64,000 bases of DNA, from assembly GCF_963921235.1 (NCBI RefSeq), contig NC_086109.1, positions 13,704,001 to 13,768,000 on the forward strand. Reading direction: 5' to 3'. Under the pieces are notes generated by a model. The model made no database searches. It was given only the letters and a program-made list of their open reading frames with translations, and was not told where the DNA came from. The stretch comes from Mobula hypostoma (taxonomy: Eukaryota). Of this stretch, positions 37,070 through 49,675 are shown one piece after another. How positions within the stretch are numbered: the first letter of the stretch is position 1; the number at the start of each line of letters is the position of its first letter. Made by a program: the position numbers and the translations under genes.

Positions 37070-38060
37070 TATAGAGTTTTACTGCACAGAAACAAGCCCT
37101 TCAGCCCACTGTGTCCATACTGTCCTTTTTAACTACTTACAGCACAGTACAGGCCCTTCGATGTTGTGCCGACCTTTTACCCCGCTCCAAGATCAATCTA
37201 ACTCTTCCCTCCCATAGAGCCCTCTATTTTTCTTTCATCCGTGTACCTGTCTAAGAGTTTCTTAAATGTTCCTTATATATCTGCCTCTACCACCACCCCT
37301 GGCAGTGCATTCCACACACCCACCGCTCTGTTAATAAAAAAAAATTATCTACCTCTGACTTTCACCCCCTACTTTCCTCGATAATTATGCCTTCTTGTCT
37401 TAGCCATTGCTTCCCTGTGGGGAAAAGGCACTGGCTGTCCACTCAATCAGTACGTCTTATCATGTTACCTCTCTTCCTTCTTCACTCCAAAGAGGAAAGG
37501 CCTAACTTGCTCAGCCTCCTCTCATAAGACATGATCTCTAATCCAGGAAGCAAATCCCATTTATACTAAATTCCACTTGCTCACATTGGAACCAGATCTT
37601 CTTAAATACCGTGATTGTTCCTGATCCTCTGGCACAACGTTCCTGATTTCAACCAACCTCCATGCAACAAAAGTACTCGAGGATCTCCTTTAAACCCCAT
37701 CCCACTCATCTTAAACCTATACCCACTTGTTTTTGATACCCTTACCATGAGAAAAAGAGTTTGACTTTCTATCTTTTCTGTGGCTCTTATAATCTTATAT
37801 TTTCCATCAGGCAACCTCAGCTTCTTTCACTCTAGGGAAACAAGCCTGCCCTATCCAATCTGTCCCCATAAACTAAAGTCCTCCATTCCAGGCAACATCC
37901 TGGTGAATCTTTTCTGCGCTCACTCCAGCACAAACGTGAGATTTCTGTGGTGTACTGACCTGAACTGCGCAACTCCCAGTGCAGCCTAACATTTGCTTTT
38001 GTGAAGTTCTAGCAGAACATCCCAGCTTTTGTATTTTACGCTTATGCCTTCACTGTGGTA
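37070..38060 (-). mobile_element. Nested degenerate CR1 fragments
   Basis: two CR1-type 3' ends (cacagaaacaagcccttcagccc; acagtacaggcccttcg) and ORF2-like remnants. Confidence 0.7.
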
Positions 38061-39271
38061 TCTACTTGTGTTACCACTGTCATGTGCGATACACTTGAAT
38101 CCCAAATTCTTTCTATTCGTTGACATTCCTTTGTGCTCTTTCATAGTTAACGTCCTCCCAGTATCCTGCTCTACAGCCATCAGGGAGAAGCTTGCAGACC
38201 CACTTCAACAATTCAGAAACAGCTTTTTCCCCCATCAATACTGCCTTGTGAATCCTTGGTTTTCTACTATTTATTTGTGTTTTATAATTTATGTCCTTGC
38301 ATTGTACCTCTGCCACAAAACAACAAATTTCACGTGATAATACACCTAATTCGTAGACTCTCTTCCTTGCTTTCCACAACACTTAATTTTCATGTCATCC
38401 ACAAACTTAATCTGACCTCCTATAGTCGCATCCAATTAAAATACAGGGAGTTTTTTTGCCAAACCATTTTGTGTCGATCTCAGTTTAGAAACTAGGGGCG
38501 ATTGAATTTAATGAGCCGCCCTGTGTTGCCACTTTCATGGTATTATAAACTTGAACCTCAAATTCTTTCTGTTCATCAGAATGGGGTTTAATATCACCAG
38601 CATATGTAGTGAAATTTGTTAACCTTGCAGCAGCAGTACAATGCAATACATAATAAATAAACTGAATTGCAGTAATATATATGTATATTAAATAATAAAC
38701 TTAAAATAAGTATTGCAAAACCAGAAATTTTTAAGAAAGTAGTGAGGTAGTGTTTATGGGTTTGATATCTATTCGGAAATCTGATGGTAGAGGGGAAGAA
38801 GCTGTTCTTGAATTGCTGAGTGTGAGCCTTCAGGCTCCTGTATGTCCATCCTGATGGTAACAGTGAGAAGAATGCACGTCCTGGTCAGCGGGGGTCCTTA
38901 CTGACAGGCACCGCCTTCCGGAGGCACTGCTTCTTGAAGATGTTTTGGATACCGCAGAGGCTTGTACCCACGATGGAGCTCACTAATTTTTTCAATGCTC
39001 TGCAGCTTACTTCAATTCTATGCAGTAGCCTCCCCATATCAGATAGTGATGCAGCCAGTCAGACATTCCTTTTGCTGTGTATATACTTCCGACTTCATGG
39101 TGCCTATTGCACAACTATCAGCAAGTGAGTGAGCTCAGCTGTTGCCATTTAATGATGCTCACTACTGTTAAACAAAATACAATAATTATCTTCCCCCCAA
39201 CTAAGAGAATATTTTGGAATAGTGGTTTATTTAGAATAAAGGCCATTTCTGTATTGCGTTTTGTTTTTCAG

Positions 39272-39327
39272 GCCGTGTTATGCTGAAAGGGGACAACATC
39301 ACCTTGCTACAGAGTGTCCACACCTAG
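39272..39327 (+). CDS. SNRPE: SNRPE exon 5 (GRVMLKGDNITLLQSVHT*, Sm2 motif)
   Basis: tttcag acceptor; TAG stop; total CDS 279 nt = 92 aa. Confidence 0.97.
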
Positions 39328-39449
39328 AGATGCCACCAGAAGAATAATTTCTTTGGAGGGTAGTGAATAAATTTTGTATGTTTCTGTAGCATTTTTGGGG
39401 TGATGAGCTGACCGAGGGCTAAAATTGTGATTTTTTTTTTATTTTAGTA

Positions 39450-39455
39450 AATAAA
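39450..39455 (+). terminator. SNRPE: SNRPE polyadenylation signal (a second AATAAA lies at 39366-39371)
   Basis: AATAAA hexamers about 40 and 120 nt after the stop codon. Confidence 0.6.
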
Positions 39456-40287
39456 AATTTTGGAACCAGCAGTTCTGTATTAATACCATTGAAGTTATGA
39501 TTGAAAAGATCACATCCATTTTAACCAGTTACTACAATTTACAATACTTGCAAAGACAAATTGAGTGAAGTGCTGTTCAGAACACAATTTGAAGACTCAG
39601 TTCTGCACCTATAGACAACCTCCTTGCAGCACCAGAGATTCTGGTTCAGTCCTGATCTTGGGCTCTGTCTTGTGTGAAGTTTGTGTGTTCTCTCTGTGAC
39701 CCTGTGGGTTTCTTCCGGGTGCTCCAGTTTAAAATAGGGTGGGGGTAAGGAGGGGAGCAAGAACTAGTGGGTGATAAGCAGGGGAGGGAATGATGTCAGA
39801 GCTGGGTCCTGATAGTCCTGACGACAAAGGGGTGAAAATTGTGTAATCTGATAGGAGAGGAATCAGATGGGACAGGTCGGAGGAGTGTGTGGCGAGGGAA
39901 AAGATGGGGTGGTGGGGGCAGTTTGTGATCAGTGAGGCCTTAGTGGGCCACTAAGACTGACTACTGCAGCAATAACTAGAGTGATGTAAGATAATTAGTA
40001 CTCTCTGGTTAATGCTTTGGCTGATAATGGGTGCACTCTCGTGTAGTTACATACTAGACAACGGGGTGACCCGTTGGGGCACCCTTTGAGAGAAGGGTAG
40101 TGCAGTCTGATGTGACTAGAATGAACATTAAATTTTCCTGAATGCTATTGGTATCACTTTGCTTTGGACACTGAAGTAGAAAACTCAGTTTATTAAAGAA
40201 GAACGACGCGTAGCAAAGCAAATATAACTCCTCTTCGTTTAACGAAGGACAGTTTTGATAGCATCATTTCTGGTTTATCCGCCATCC

Positions 40288-41329
40288 AGAACGTCTCCTA
40301 TGTCCTCTTTCTTTACGGATCATGGTTTCCCTTCTGCTGTCATCAATGATGCCCTCACCCACATCCCTTCAATTTCCTGCGCTTCGGCCCTCACCCCATC
40401 CTCCTGTCACCACAACAGGGACAGAGTGCCCCTTGTCCTCATCTACCACCCTACCAGCCGCCAGATCCAGCACATTATCGTCCACAACTTCTGCCACCTT
40501 CAACAGGACCCCGGCACTAAACACATCTTTCCCTCTCTGCTTTCCGCAGGGATCATTTCCTCCGCGACTCCCTGGTCCACACGTCCTTTCCCACGGATCT
40601 CCCACCCAGCACTTATCCCTGTAAGTGTAAGTGCTACACCTGTCCCTACACCTCTCTTGGCACCATTCAGGGCCCCAAACAGTCCTTCCAGGTGAGGCAA
40701 CACTTGTGAGTCTGTTGGGGTCATCTATTGCATCCAGTGCTCCTGGTGTGGCCTCCTCTACATCAGTGAAACACGACACAGATTGGGGGACCACTTCATC
40801 GAGCACCTCCACTCCGTCCACCAAAACAGACAGGATCTCCCGGTTGCCACCCACTTCAACTCTGCTTCACATTCCCATTCAGATATGTCCATACATGGCC
40901 TCCTCTACTGCCAGGATGAGGCTAAACAGAGGTTGGAGGAGCAACACTGGGTATGAACATTGAATTTTCCAACTTCCAGTAATTCCCTCCCCATCCCTGT
41001 TTCACTCTGCCCCCTCCCCCAGCTGCCTACTACCTCCCTTATGGTTCCGCCTCCTACTACCCATTGTGCTTTCCCCTATTCCTTCTTCACCTTTCCTGCC
41101 TATCACCTCCCTGCTTCACCCCCCCCCCACCCCTTATCTTTCCCCTTACTGGTTCTTCACCTGGAACCTACCAGCCTTCTCCTTCCCATCCTCCCCCCAT
41201 CTCTTTTATAGGGCTTCTGCCCCCTCCCTCTTCAGTCCTGACGAAGGGTCCCAGCTGGAAACGTTGACTGATCATTTCCACGGATGCTGCCCGACCTGCT
41301 GAGTTCCTCCAGCGTGTTGTGAGTGTTGC
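40288..41329 (+). mobile_element. 5'-truncated Penelope-like retroelement (RT C-terminal region, GIY-YIG endonuclease remnant, terminal repeat with hammerhead motif)
   Basis: peptides FF...GFPS.VI..AL, RVPLVL.YHP, GVIYCIQCSWCGLLYISET...L..HF.EH (frameshifted); imperfect TSD tccgccatcc 40278-40287 / tctgccaccc 41330-41339. Confidence 0.88.
41232..41271 (+). ncRNA. Minimal type-I hammerhead ribozyme motif in the Penelope terminal repeat
   Basis: TCAGTC-CTGACGA-a-gggtcccagctg-GAAAC-GTT-GACTGA; 6-bp stem I, intact core boxes, imperfect stem II. Confidence 0.7.
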
Positions 41330-42625
41330 TCTGCCACCCTTGTGCCTCTCGTCATTCTGGAGATGTGCAGCCCTTTCATCCCCCATCTCTTCAGCTCTTC
41401 TGCTGTTTGTTGTTTGTCTCTGATCCTGGAGACGTGCATGCCTCTCCTCCTCTGTCTCTTCTCTCATTTTTTTTGTCCTGACTCTTTGATCCTGGAGTCG
41501 TGCAGCCCTGGCCTCATCGGATTCTTGTTCTCTCCCTCTCCTTGCCGTTTCCCGACGACCTTTGGCATCATCTCTTGACTATAATGTCCCCTCTCCCTTT
41601 CCACACGACATAATTAGGCTGACCAATTTTTTTTACCCTAATGCTGGATAGAAGATACGAAGCAGTAACACCAAAGGATGCTGATTATTCTTGATGATGT
41701 GGTTGGCGCTTTCCTAAATGGATGTGATATAGTCACCGCTGTCCTTTGACTGCAGCAAAGGATTTTATGGCTGTCTTGAAGTCCGTCATTACAATAAGAT
41801 TTAATTATCTCTTATTGATGGGTGGCAGTTAGATCTGTCCCAATCCTGCACATGCTGATGGTGATTAGCAGAATGTGACCCCTCGACATAGAGCTGTCCT
41901 GCCCTTTTGCTCCGGTAGGTGTTGCTGCTGAGGCTGGCAGCGCGCATGCGTCAGACTGTCGCGTCCAGATCGGGTTTAGGGTGAAAGCAAGCCTGTTGAT
42001 TTTTGGCGAATGAGCAATTTTATACGAATATATAGCCCTGAACGTTGCCTGCAGTCTGTAAGTTAGTGCATATTAATTCGATTGAGCCTAAAAAAGTGCA
42101 GCCGTAATGCACCGTTTGCACTAATTGGAGGTCACAAACAGACACACACAGCATGGGAGTTTTAGTAGTAAAATAGATAGATAAGAAGATAGATGTCCTG
42201 TCAATATTCCAACATGGAAGTACACTCAACATCTTGAGTGAGAGCACAAAAAAATAACAAGAGAAAGCTTAATTAATACATTTCTTAGCAGATGCTCCTC
42301 CTTATTGTACTTATGGCCATGAGGAACTGCGGTTCTATACTGAGGTACGATGAAGTTCTCTTTGATCTGCTGTATTGGCTCTGGTTAGCATCTCGGTGCA
42401 GCACCATTTGCTGGAAATGTGCCGGAACAGAAAATCCTGGGAACACTTGGTCACCATCAGTGGAAAGAGAAACATGTCAATGGGAAAAAAATTTAAATGC
42501 AAGAAAAGGGGACAATAGTGAAAGTCCACTCTAAGGGTGTGTTGGGGGGGGGTAATGATTGGGTGTAATTGGGTGGAACAGGCTTCTTGCAACTGAAAAG
42601 CCTGTCACTGCTGTATCTCTAATTA

Positions 42626-43392
42626 CACTGGTTAACAAAGATTTTGCTTCCTGAATACTTTTGGATATATCTTATGGATTTTGGGCTCCTGATCATGAAA
42701 TTTCCCTATCACGCCATTTTTTAAAAATCGCTATATTTCTTACTTCAATTCATAATTCAAGTCAGAATAACTGATGTCAAGATTAAGGAAGGCATTTTTG
42801 TTGGTCCACAAATCAAACAGGTCATCAGAGTCAGGCAATTCAAAGAGCTTCTAGTGGGACCAGAGAAAATTGCATGGAAGGCACTCAAGGATTTTCATGA
42901 AAATTTTCTTGGCTGCTGCAGAACACCAAACTATGTGCAGGTGGTTGACAACATGCTTCAAGCATATAAAACCATGAGGTGCAACATGTCACTAAAGATT
43001 CATTTTCTGCATTCCCATTTAGACTTCTTCCCTGAAAATCTTGACAGTCAGTTACCAACATAGTGAAAGCTTTCACCAGGATATTGCGGTCATGGAGAAA
43101 TGGTATCAGGGCAACTGGAATCCATCAATGCTGGCTGATTATTGGACACAAGTGAGAAGCCTCAGACACTGAGCAGAAACAAAAATCACCAAAACATATT
43201 TAGTTTAGTTGCAAAGAGCACTATTATGCAATTAAATGCATTATATCCAATAAAAGTTATTTTCTTGTTCCTCCAAAGTCTTACACGATATAAGTAGTCT
43301 GAAATTATTTTATGTTCAGCGTCAAATATCTATCATAAACAAAAGGAAAATTCGGAGGAAGCAACATTTTCGGGAAAAAGCGGTGTCCAGTG
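42626..43392 (+). mobile_element. Chapaev3 (CMC superfamily) non-autonomous DNA transposon, copy 1
   Basis: CACTGG...CCAGTG termini, 3-bp TSD TTA on both sides; transposase C-terminal remnant KIKEGIFVGPQIK...SLKIHFLHSHLDFFP. Confidence 0.82.
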
Positions 43393-43822
43393 TTATTTAA
43401 AGTAAATCCAACAGGAATGTAAATAAAATCTCTGCATCATTGCTGCCCACGAGGCCATTCATCTCATTCAGTCAATGCTAGAGAAGCTGAACCTTAAACT
43501 AAAATGACAATTTTGTGTTTTTATTTAGACTAATTTAACACCAATTTAAAGTGTTAACGTTAGAAAACTGTGTTTAAACCAGCAGGTGAACATATCTAAA
43601 CTGGATCCTGCATCCTTCGATAAGACACACAAGGCTGGACTGGTGCAAATTAGTATTAGTACTGGTGCAAATTACCCACTGATGGCTGAATCATGAGTGG
43701 TCACATAAACTGCTTGAGATATTCTACTGATGATAGCTTTATATGATCATAGGACCGAGGCGAAACGAGCGACTTAAAGCAGAAAATATGAAGTGAATTT
43801 ATCAGGCCAGGCTGCATCATGA

Positions 43823-46493
43823 TAGCCTTTCTCAACCTTTTTGCCTTAGGGGAACCCTTGAAATAATTTTCAGGTCTTGGGGAGCCCCTGTATAAAAATT
43901 ATTATATCTACAACTCTCAGTATATTAGTGTGATCAGTAAGTTGTGGATTTAATAATGTAAATATAATTGTCAATGCTCTTTTGAGTAGAGAATGAAATT
44001 TTAGTCAATATTTCTTGGAAAAAAAACAGGTAGTCGAGCTTAGTTTATCTTTCTTGAAATTAATCTCTAGCCCTTTCATAAATTATAAAAACTCATAAGA
44101 CAAACAATACATTTCTATTAAATAACTGGCTTAAGCCAAAATAGGATTTAATTTTTCTAAAGGCACGTTTGGTAGATTTAATTTAAATAAAGATTGTAAA
44201 TTGATTTAAATTAATGCTATTTACAACATGAAAATGTATTGACAATGTTGAATAGTGAAGTTACTAAAAACCATAAGCCAAAGCAATATGAATGAAAATT
44301 TAGCCTAAGACACAATTTTATACAAGGCTTTGAAAAAACGTTTTCTCACGAAGTGACATGATCAGCCTCAAATACAGGTCTAGCATGTGAAACCTGTGCT
44401 TGTTTTTTGCTGCACAAATTCTCGGTTCTGGGTTGAATGTGAGATTAGCACACACACATTTCGCTTTCATCTGAAATTAGACTATATCCTTTCACTTGGT
44501 GCTAGTTAAACAAGAAAAAGCTTGCTCACATATGTAAGAACTTGAAAACTGCAGCAAAATGTTCATTGCTTTCCTATGAATGGCAGGATATCCTTCTTTC
44601 ACAGAAATCCAGCAGTTGTCCAGGGGCAGGCCAGTGAATCTCATCTTTAGTGCATGGTCAGACTGCAGCTCACAAAGTTCTTCCTCTTCTCTCAAAGGCA
44701 AGTTCTCATGCTGAGCGGAAGATTCGGAGAATCCAGCCACTTTTGTTAAAAGGGAGGAAAAAATACTGTTCAATTTTATTCTGCTGTTCTCTAAAGTGGT
44801 CTTCAATAAGACTTGAGCCTTTCTGATGCTTCCTCATTCTCAAGCCCAAGCAGGAGGGGAAACATTTCAAGATTTCCTTTTGCAACATTATTTTTCTAAA
44901 GATTCATTTTCCTTTTAAATCCAAGAATTTTGTCACTTGAAGTCAAAGTATTTTCTCCAGGGCCTTGCAGAGACTTGTTCAACTGGTTCATATGATGAAA
45001 AATGTCTGCTGAATAATCTAGTTTCTGCAGCCATTCTTCACCTTCAAAGCACTCAGTAAAACATGACCGCCTATTTTCTTGAAAATGCTCCTGCAATTCA
45101 CCTTTCAGCTCAAACACCCTGTTGAAAACTCTGCTAACTCACTGGATTTCTGTATGTAGCAGGAGATTGGTGTGATCTTTGTCCAGGTTTCCACACGGCT
45201 TTTTAAACATTCTGGAGTAAATTGGTCTTTGTTTAATTTAGTTAACCCCTTTTGTAGCATCATCCAGAACGTTTTTCATTTCATCTTCAAGAGATTTTGA
45301 CATCATCTCTCTGTGAAGAAAGCAGTGTGTTGTGATAACATTAGGATTTTCTTTTTTTAACAAGAGAACAAAACCTTTCATGGAGCCAGCCATTGATGGG
45401 ACACCATCAGTACAGATGCCAACACAGCTCCTCCAAGACAGACATTTTGTTTCCAGATGTGAAGACAAACCATTAAATATATGTTGGCCTTTGCAGAATA
45501 GGCCTCTACAGTCACCAACGATCGTGCCGTCACTCCTGAGGACTCTTCTTTCCTCCTCATCTTCACAAGCGAAGAACCAGTCATCATCATCATTGAGCGT
45601 GAAACCTTTTCAATTCCTCATACTGCACCTTGTCCTAGCATTTTACCCACTATAATTTTACATGCTGGTGTTATTAGATTCTTACCAACTGTGTGACTTT
45701 TCCTTTTCTGGGTAATAAGTTCTGCTACTAAATAACTTGCTGCCTGAATCTTTTTACTGACTGTGGCTTTATTAACAAAAGCTTTACTCTGTTTGCGATT
45801 CCAATAGCCAATTAAAATAATCAGCACTTTTATGTGTCATATGGCTGTGATTTGTAGTTAAGTGTCTTTTCAATTTTGCTTGAGCCATTGCTGCATGTGT
45901 AAGTTATTTGCCACAGACGAGGCACAATGGAATAGGACAACTTGGATCACCAGTCCATGTAAAACCCATTGATAAGTAGCTTTCCATGTAAAGATGGATT
46001 TTTTTTGTGTCTGTAGTTGCACAAGTGCAGTGAAATGACTCAGAAGATTGTAATTCAAAAATCATCATATTGGACCTTCAGATGTGTCTGTAAAACATGG
46101 TTAATAAAATATAAAAATGGGCAAGTCCACTCAATGCTCAGAAAGTACACTTCATGCTCATCAGCCTATCGCTCTCCCCTCCATGCAATATCAGGGGTAG
46201 CTAGCACCGCCAGCTCTGGTGAGTTGATTGGCAACGTCCCTTACCACTGCAGCGTTGTTGGAGATGATACTGCCAAGGTAGGTGAACCGCTCAACAATTA
46301 CCAGTGGCCTCCCATATCTCGCGTCAGAAACTGAGAACGTTAACAAATAAACAGGGTCCTGCTGCGCACTGCCATTCTGGGCTGAGAGACCTCGCATGAG
46401 ATTGCTAACGAGGCTGCTCGGTCACTGCCCACCACTGCGAGCTCTGACAGAACCCCAAGCGCCCTCTCGCGGAGCCCCGGGTGAGAAACTCGA
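43823..46493 (-). mobile_element. Decayed hAT Buster/Charlie-type transposon (ZBED5/FAM200/SCAND3-like transposase pseudogene at about 44385-46000)
   Basis: BED finger PLCLVCGK*L...AM..AKLKRHL.T.H; CVGICTDG.PSM.G; THCFLHRE; WL.KL.Y.ADIF...N.LN.SLQG; F.SSY.CEQAFS; stops and frameshifts; TIR-like ends tagcctttctcaacc / gggtgagaaactcga. Confidence 0.85.
46190..46335 (-). mobile_element. Non-LTR (RTE-like) RT fragment
   Basis: VERFTYLGSIISN....DV..QL..A motif. Confidence 0.55.
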
Positions 46494-47934
46494 GTCTATG
46501 AAGTGAAGCAGAGTGAGCACTTCAGGTCAGTGAGAATGGACTTTCCTGATGAAAGGTCATCAACATGAACTGTTCACTCAGTTTCCTGCTCCATAGATAC
46601 TCGCTGGCTTGCCGAGTTCTTGCAGAGCCTTGTGCTTTTTTGTACTGATTGTCCAGCATATGGTTTCTCTTGCTGGATGAACTCAGCAGGTCAGGGAATA
46701 AATAAACAGTCGAGGTTTTGGGGCAAGACCCTTTCATCAGGAAGGATGTTCCGGACTATAGATGATTGATTAATGTTCTGTGATCATCCTGTACAAAAAG
46801 GACAGCATTCTAAATCACACGGGGCCACATTCTTGTCCCATTCCTGAACAACCAGCATTTGATCAGACGTTTTTCCAACAGGCAATTACTAAAGAGATTC
46901 AAAGTCTATTGACGTTTCTTTGATCTTGGAGTAGGTTAAAAAGTTGGCAAAATGTCATATGCCAAAGGGTGCTGTGCCAGACTGTTCTATGTTCTATAAT
47001 CTTTTAAACGTTTATTAGCTTTCTATAACAAAAGGCCCATCTTTTGTTCTCAATGTAAACTATTGTACATAATCCTTTTTACCATTATACCAGAGGGTGT
47101 GGAATTGTGGATGTTTCCAGAGGGCACAGCCTTAAAACAAAAGGGCGTCCCTTGAGAATGGAGATGAGGAGGAATTTCTTCAGCCAGAGGGTGTAAACTT
47201 TCCGTCCTTTGATGTGTTGTGGGCAGCTGGAGAGAGCGAGAAAGCAAGATAGGGAGGTGTAAAGTGGACATTCCAATCTTTACGGTTGAGACCGCAGAGA
47301 TTTGACATCACATGTGAGGAAAGGGTGGGGTGAGGAAAGAACTGGAGACTCACCCAACTTGATTGTAGGGTGGGGCAGGAGGGGTGAGGTGTCTTCAATC
47401 TTCCTATTGTTGGACTGGAGAGAAGATCTGGTTGATAGCAAGTGCCTGTATGGGTGCAAATGTTACATCAGAAGCATACACAAGTATACAGTACACACAT
47501 TAATTGTATCTTGATTTACATGGAACATGCAAATAAAGCACTGAGACAGAATTGGCATGTGGGGGAGATTCCGTTCTATTCTGGAACATGGTCAGATAGT
47601 ACCGCACACTGATAGCTGGCTCATTGAGTTAGACAAAGAGAAAAAAAAGCACACCAGCTTGTGTTTCACAACCTCAGGACCTCTCAAATATTTAATCTCT
47701 AACGTACAGCCTGTAATGTGCTGTACTATTCTATGTTCTATGTTTACCGAAGTTTATCTTGTAGGAAAACACAAGCCAGTTTGCAAAAGAGCCGGTCATT
47801 GACTTCAGAACGTTCCCGTCTACGTCAATGGTGTTGATATTGAGAGAGTTGACAGCTTCAAGCTCCTAGGTGTGAACATCACCAATAGATCCCAGCCACC
47901 CTAGACATTCTCTCTTCTCTCCCACCGGGCAGAA

Positions 47935-48445
47935 GATGATGGTTGTCCGTTGTGTCCAACGATGACGGGAAACCTGTGTGGGAGAGTTATTAAAGTGGAA
48001 AGGTTATTACACTGGGGCAGTTCCACTCTCTTAACTTCAGAAGTCCAGGTCCAGTGGTACGAACAAGCTTCACAAACTGGGGTCTTCCTTGGTTGCAGTA
48101 GATGACCATGATGTCTTCCATGCCGTGTCCTGCCCTTTGCTCTCCACGGAGCATTGAAGTACTGTCTTCCTGGCTGTTGGATCTTTCTGTAGATCTCATC
48201 TGCCCAGTCCACCGGAGCTAACTTAGCATGCGAGGACAGGCATGTCCCTATCTCACCATGGTGTGAAGCCGCCAGCAACCCTCACCTGGTTTAGCCCGCC
48301 TGTCGAAGCAGTGCACTGGGGGTGTGGCCGCTGTCGCTTGCAAACAGCTACCTGGAGCCACAGGTGAGAGCCAAGGGTCCGGTGGGGACCAAAGGTGAGT
48401 GAGCTCCCCAAGAATAAACACGACAAGCCCCTTCACAGGAGGTGA
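47935..48445 (-). mobile_element. RTE-related retroposon (5' UTR-like part plus catcatc tail)
   Basis: - strand gaaggggcttgtcgtg start resembles RTE/BovB 5' ends; interrupts a Rex-like fragment. Confidence 0.45.
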
Positions 48446-49675
48446 TACAAAAGCCTGAAAGCACAAACCACCAAGCTCAAAGGCAGATCTATTCCACTGT
48501 TATCAGACTCTTGTTCGAAAAGACAGACTCTTGGCCTCGGAGTCTATCTCGTTATGTCTCTCATTTCGTTATTCCCCTGCACTGCACTCTTTTGGTAGCT
48601 TTTACACTTTATCCTGCGTTGCTACTGTTTTACCTTACTCTGCCTCAATGCACTGTGTAATGATTTGATCTGTATAAACAGTATGCAAGACAAACTTCTC
48701 ACTGTATCTTGGTATTTGAGACAATAATAAACCGATACCAATATCAAGCTCACACTCACGGCAGTGAAGTATGTAATCAACTTACCTCTTTTAGAGGTAC
48801 CTCAAAGGCAAAAGGCTGCAGACACTGGAGTGAAATAACAGCAGAAAGGCCCACGATACTCACCCAGGTCAGGCAACAGTGATGGGGAGAGACCCAGAGT
48901 CACCGCTTCAAGTTGATAACTTTCACTGGAACTAGTCGTCAGAGTTGCTCTTTCACAGCTTCGGAGTCCTGGATTCAATTCTGACCGCTGTCGAGTTGGC
49001 ACGTTCGTACCGTAACAGTGAGGGCTGGTTTACTTCTGACATCCACCCCTCTAAACTGCTCCTGGTGGTGGGATTGGGGGTGGGGGGTGAATTGTTGAGG
49101 GCTGGTTAGAGGGGAAATTAACGAAGCATCAAGGTTACTGTTTTGAGCAGACACAGGCTGAATATCCTTCACCCTCAAGAAAAATGCAGAACTTGAAAAA
49201 GTTAGAAAGAGAAGTAGTTCGAAGTTGCAAAAAAGAGGATGATAACAAAAAGGAAGGTCTGGTACTGAGTGATGAAGGTGTGGCTCGTGGAATTAAATGG
49301 GAGGAAAACTGGTAGGTATTGGTCAGGGAGGGGGGGGTGGTATATTCCAAACGAGACTGGGGACAATGCAGGCCACCAATGGCAATCAAACCCATTGCAG
49401 TCAAATAGTGAGATGGCACCTTGGCTCTGGTTCACTCAAAAGCCAGGTGCCATCAACGCTGCAGCACGGCTTTACTGAGCTGAAGTCTCTCCCCAGAGTC
49501 CACTGAGCGAGACCTGAGCCTGTGGATCGACAGCTGAGAAAGTCTCTGTCGCCGAGTTATGGGTGGGGTAAGTTCATCCCAGTGACCAATAATGACCGAG
49601 AAGTCAAAGAATAGCGAGAGTCTATTGCCAAAGGTCTGATATTTGACCAAAAATTCTACATGAATGCAAAAATAA

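Larger units (their letters stand above)
40054..42193 (-). mobile_element. Non-autonomous Helitron with both termini (interrupted by Penelope at 40288-41329)
   Basis: - strand begins A|TCTATC...TACTACTAAAAC (42193 or 42181) and ends in the GC-rich hairpin gggtgcccc-aac-gggtcaccc followed by ..gtCTAG|T at 40054; retains E(S/T).EER.ARLQ repeats at 41340-41570. Confidence 0.8.

Noticed and set aside
43823..46493. hAT/BED element as an orthologue or precursor of ZBED6
   Set aside because: ZBED6 lies in the first intron of mammalian ZC3H11A and is Ac-family derived. This element is about 19 kb downstream of the gene, Buster-type and disrupted. The true first intron may lie outside the window.
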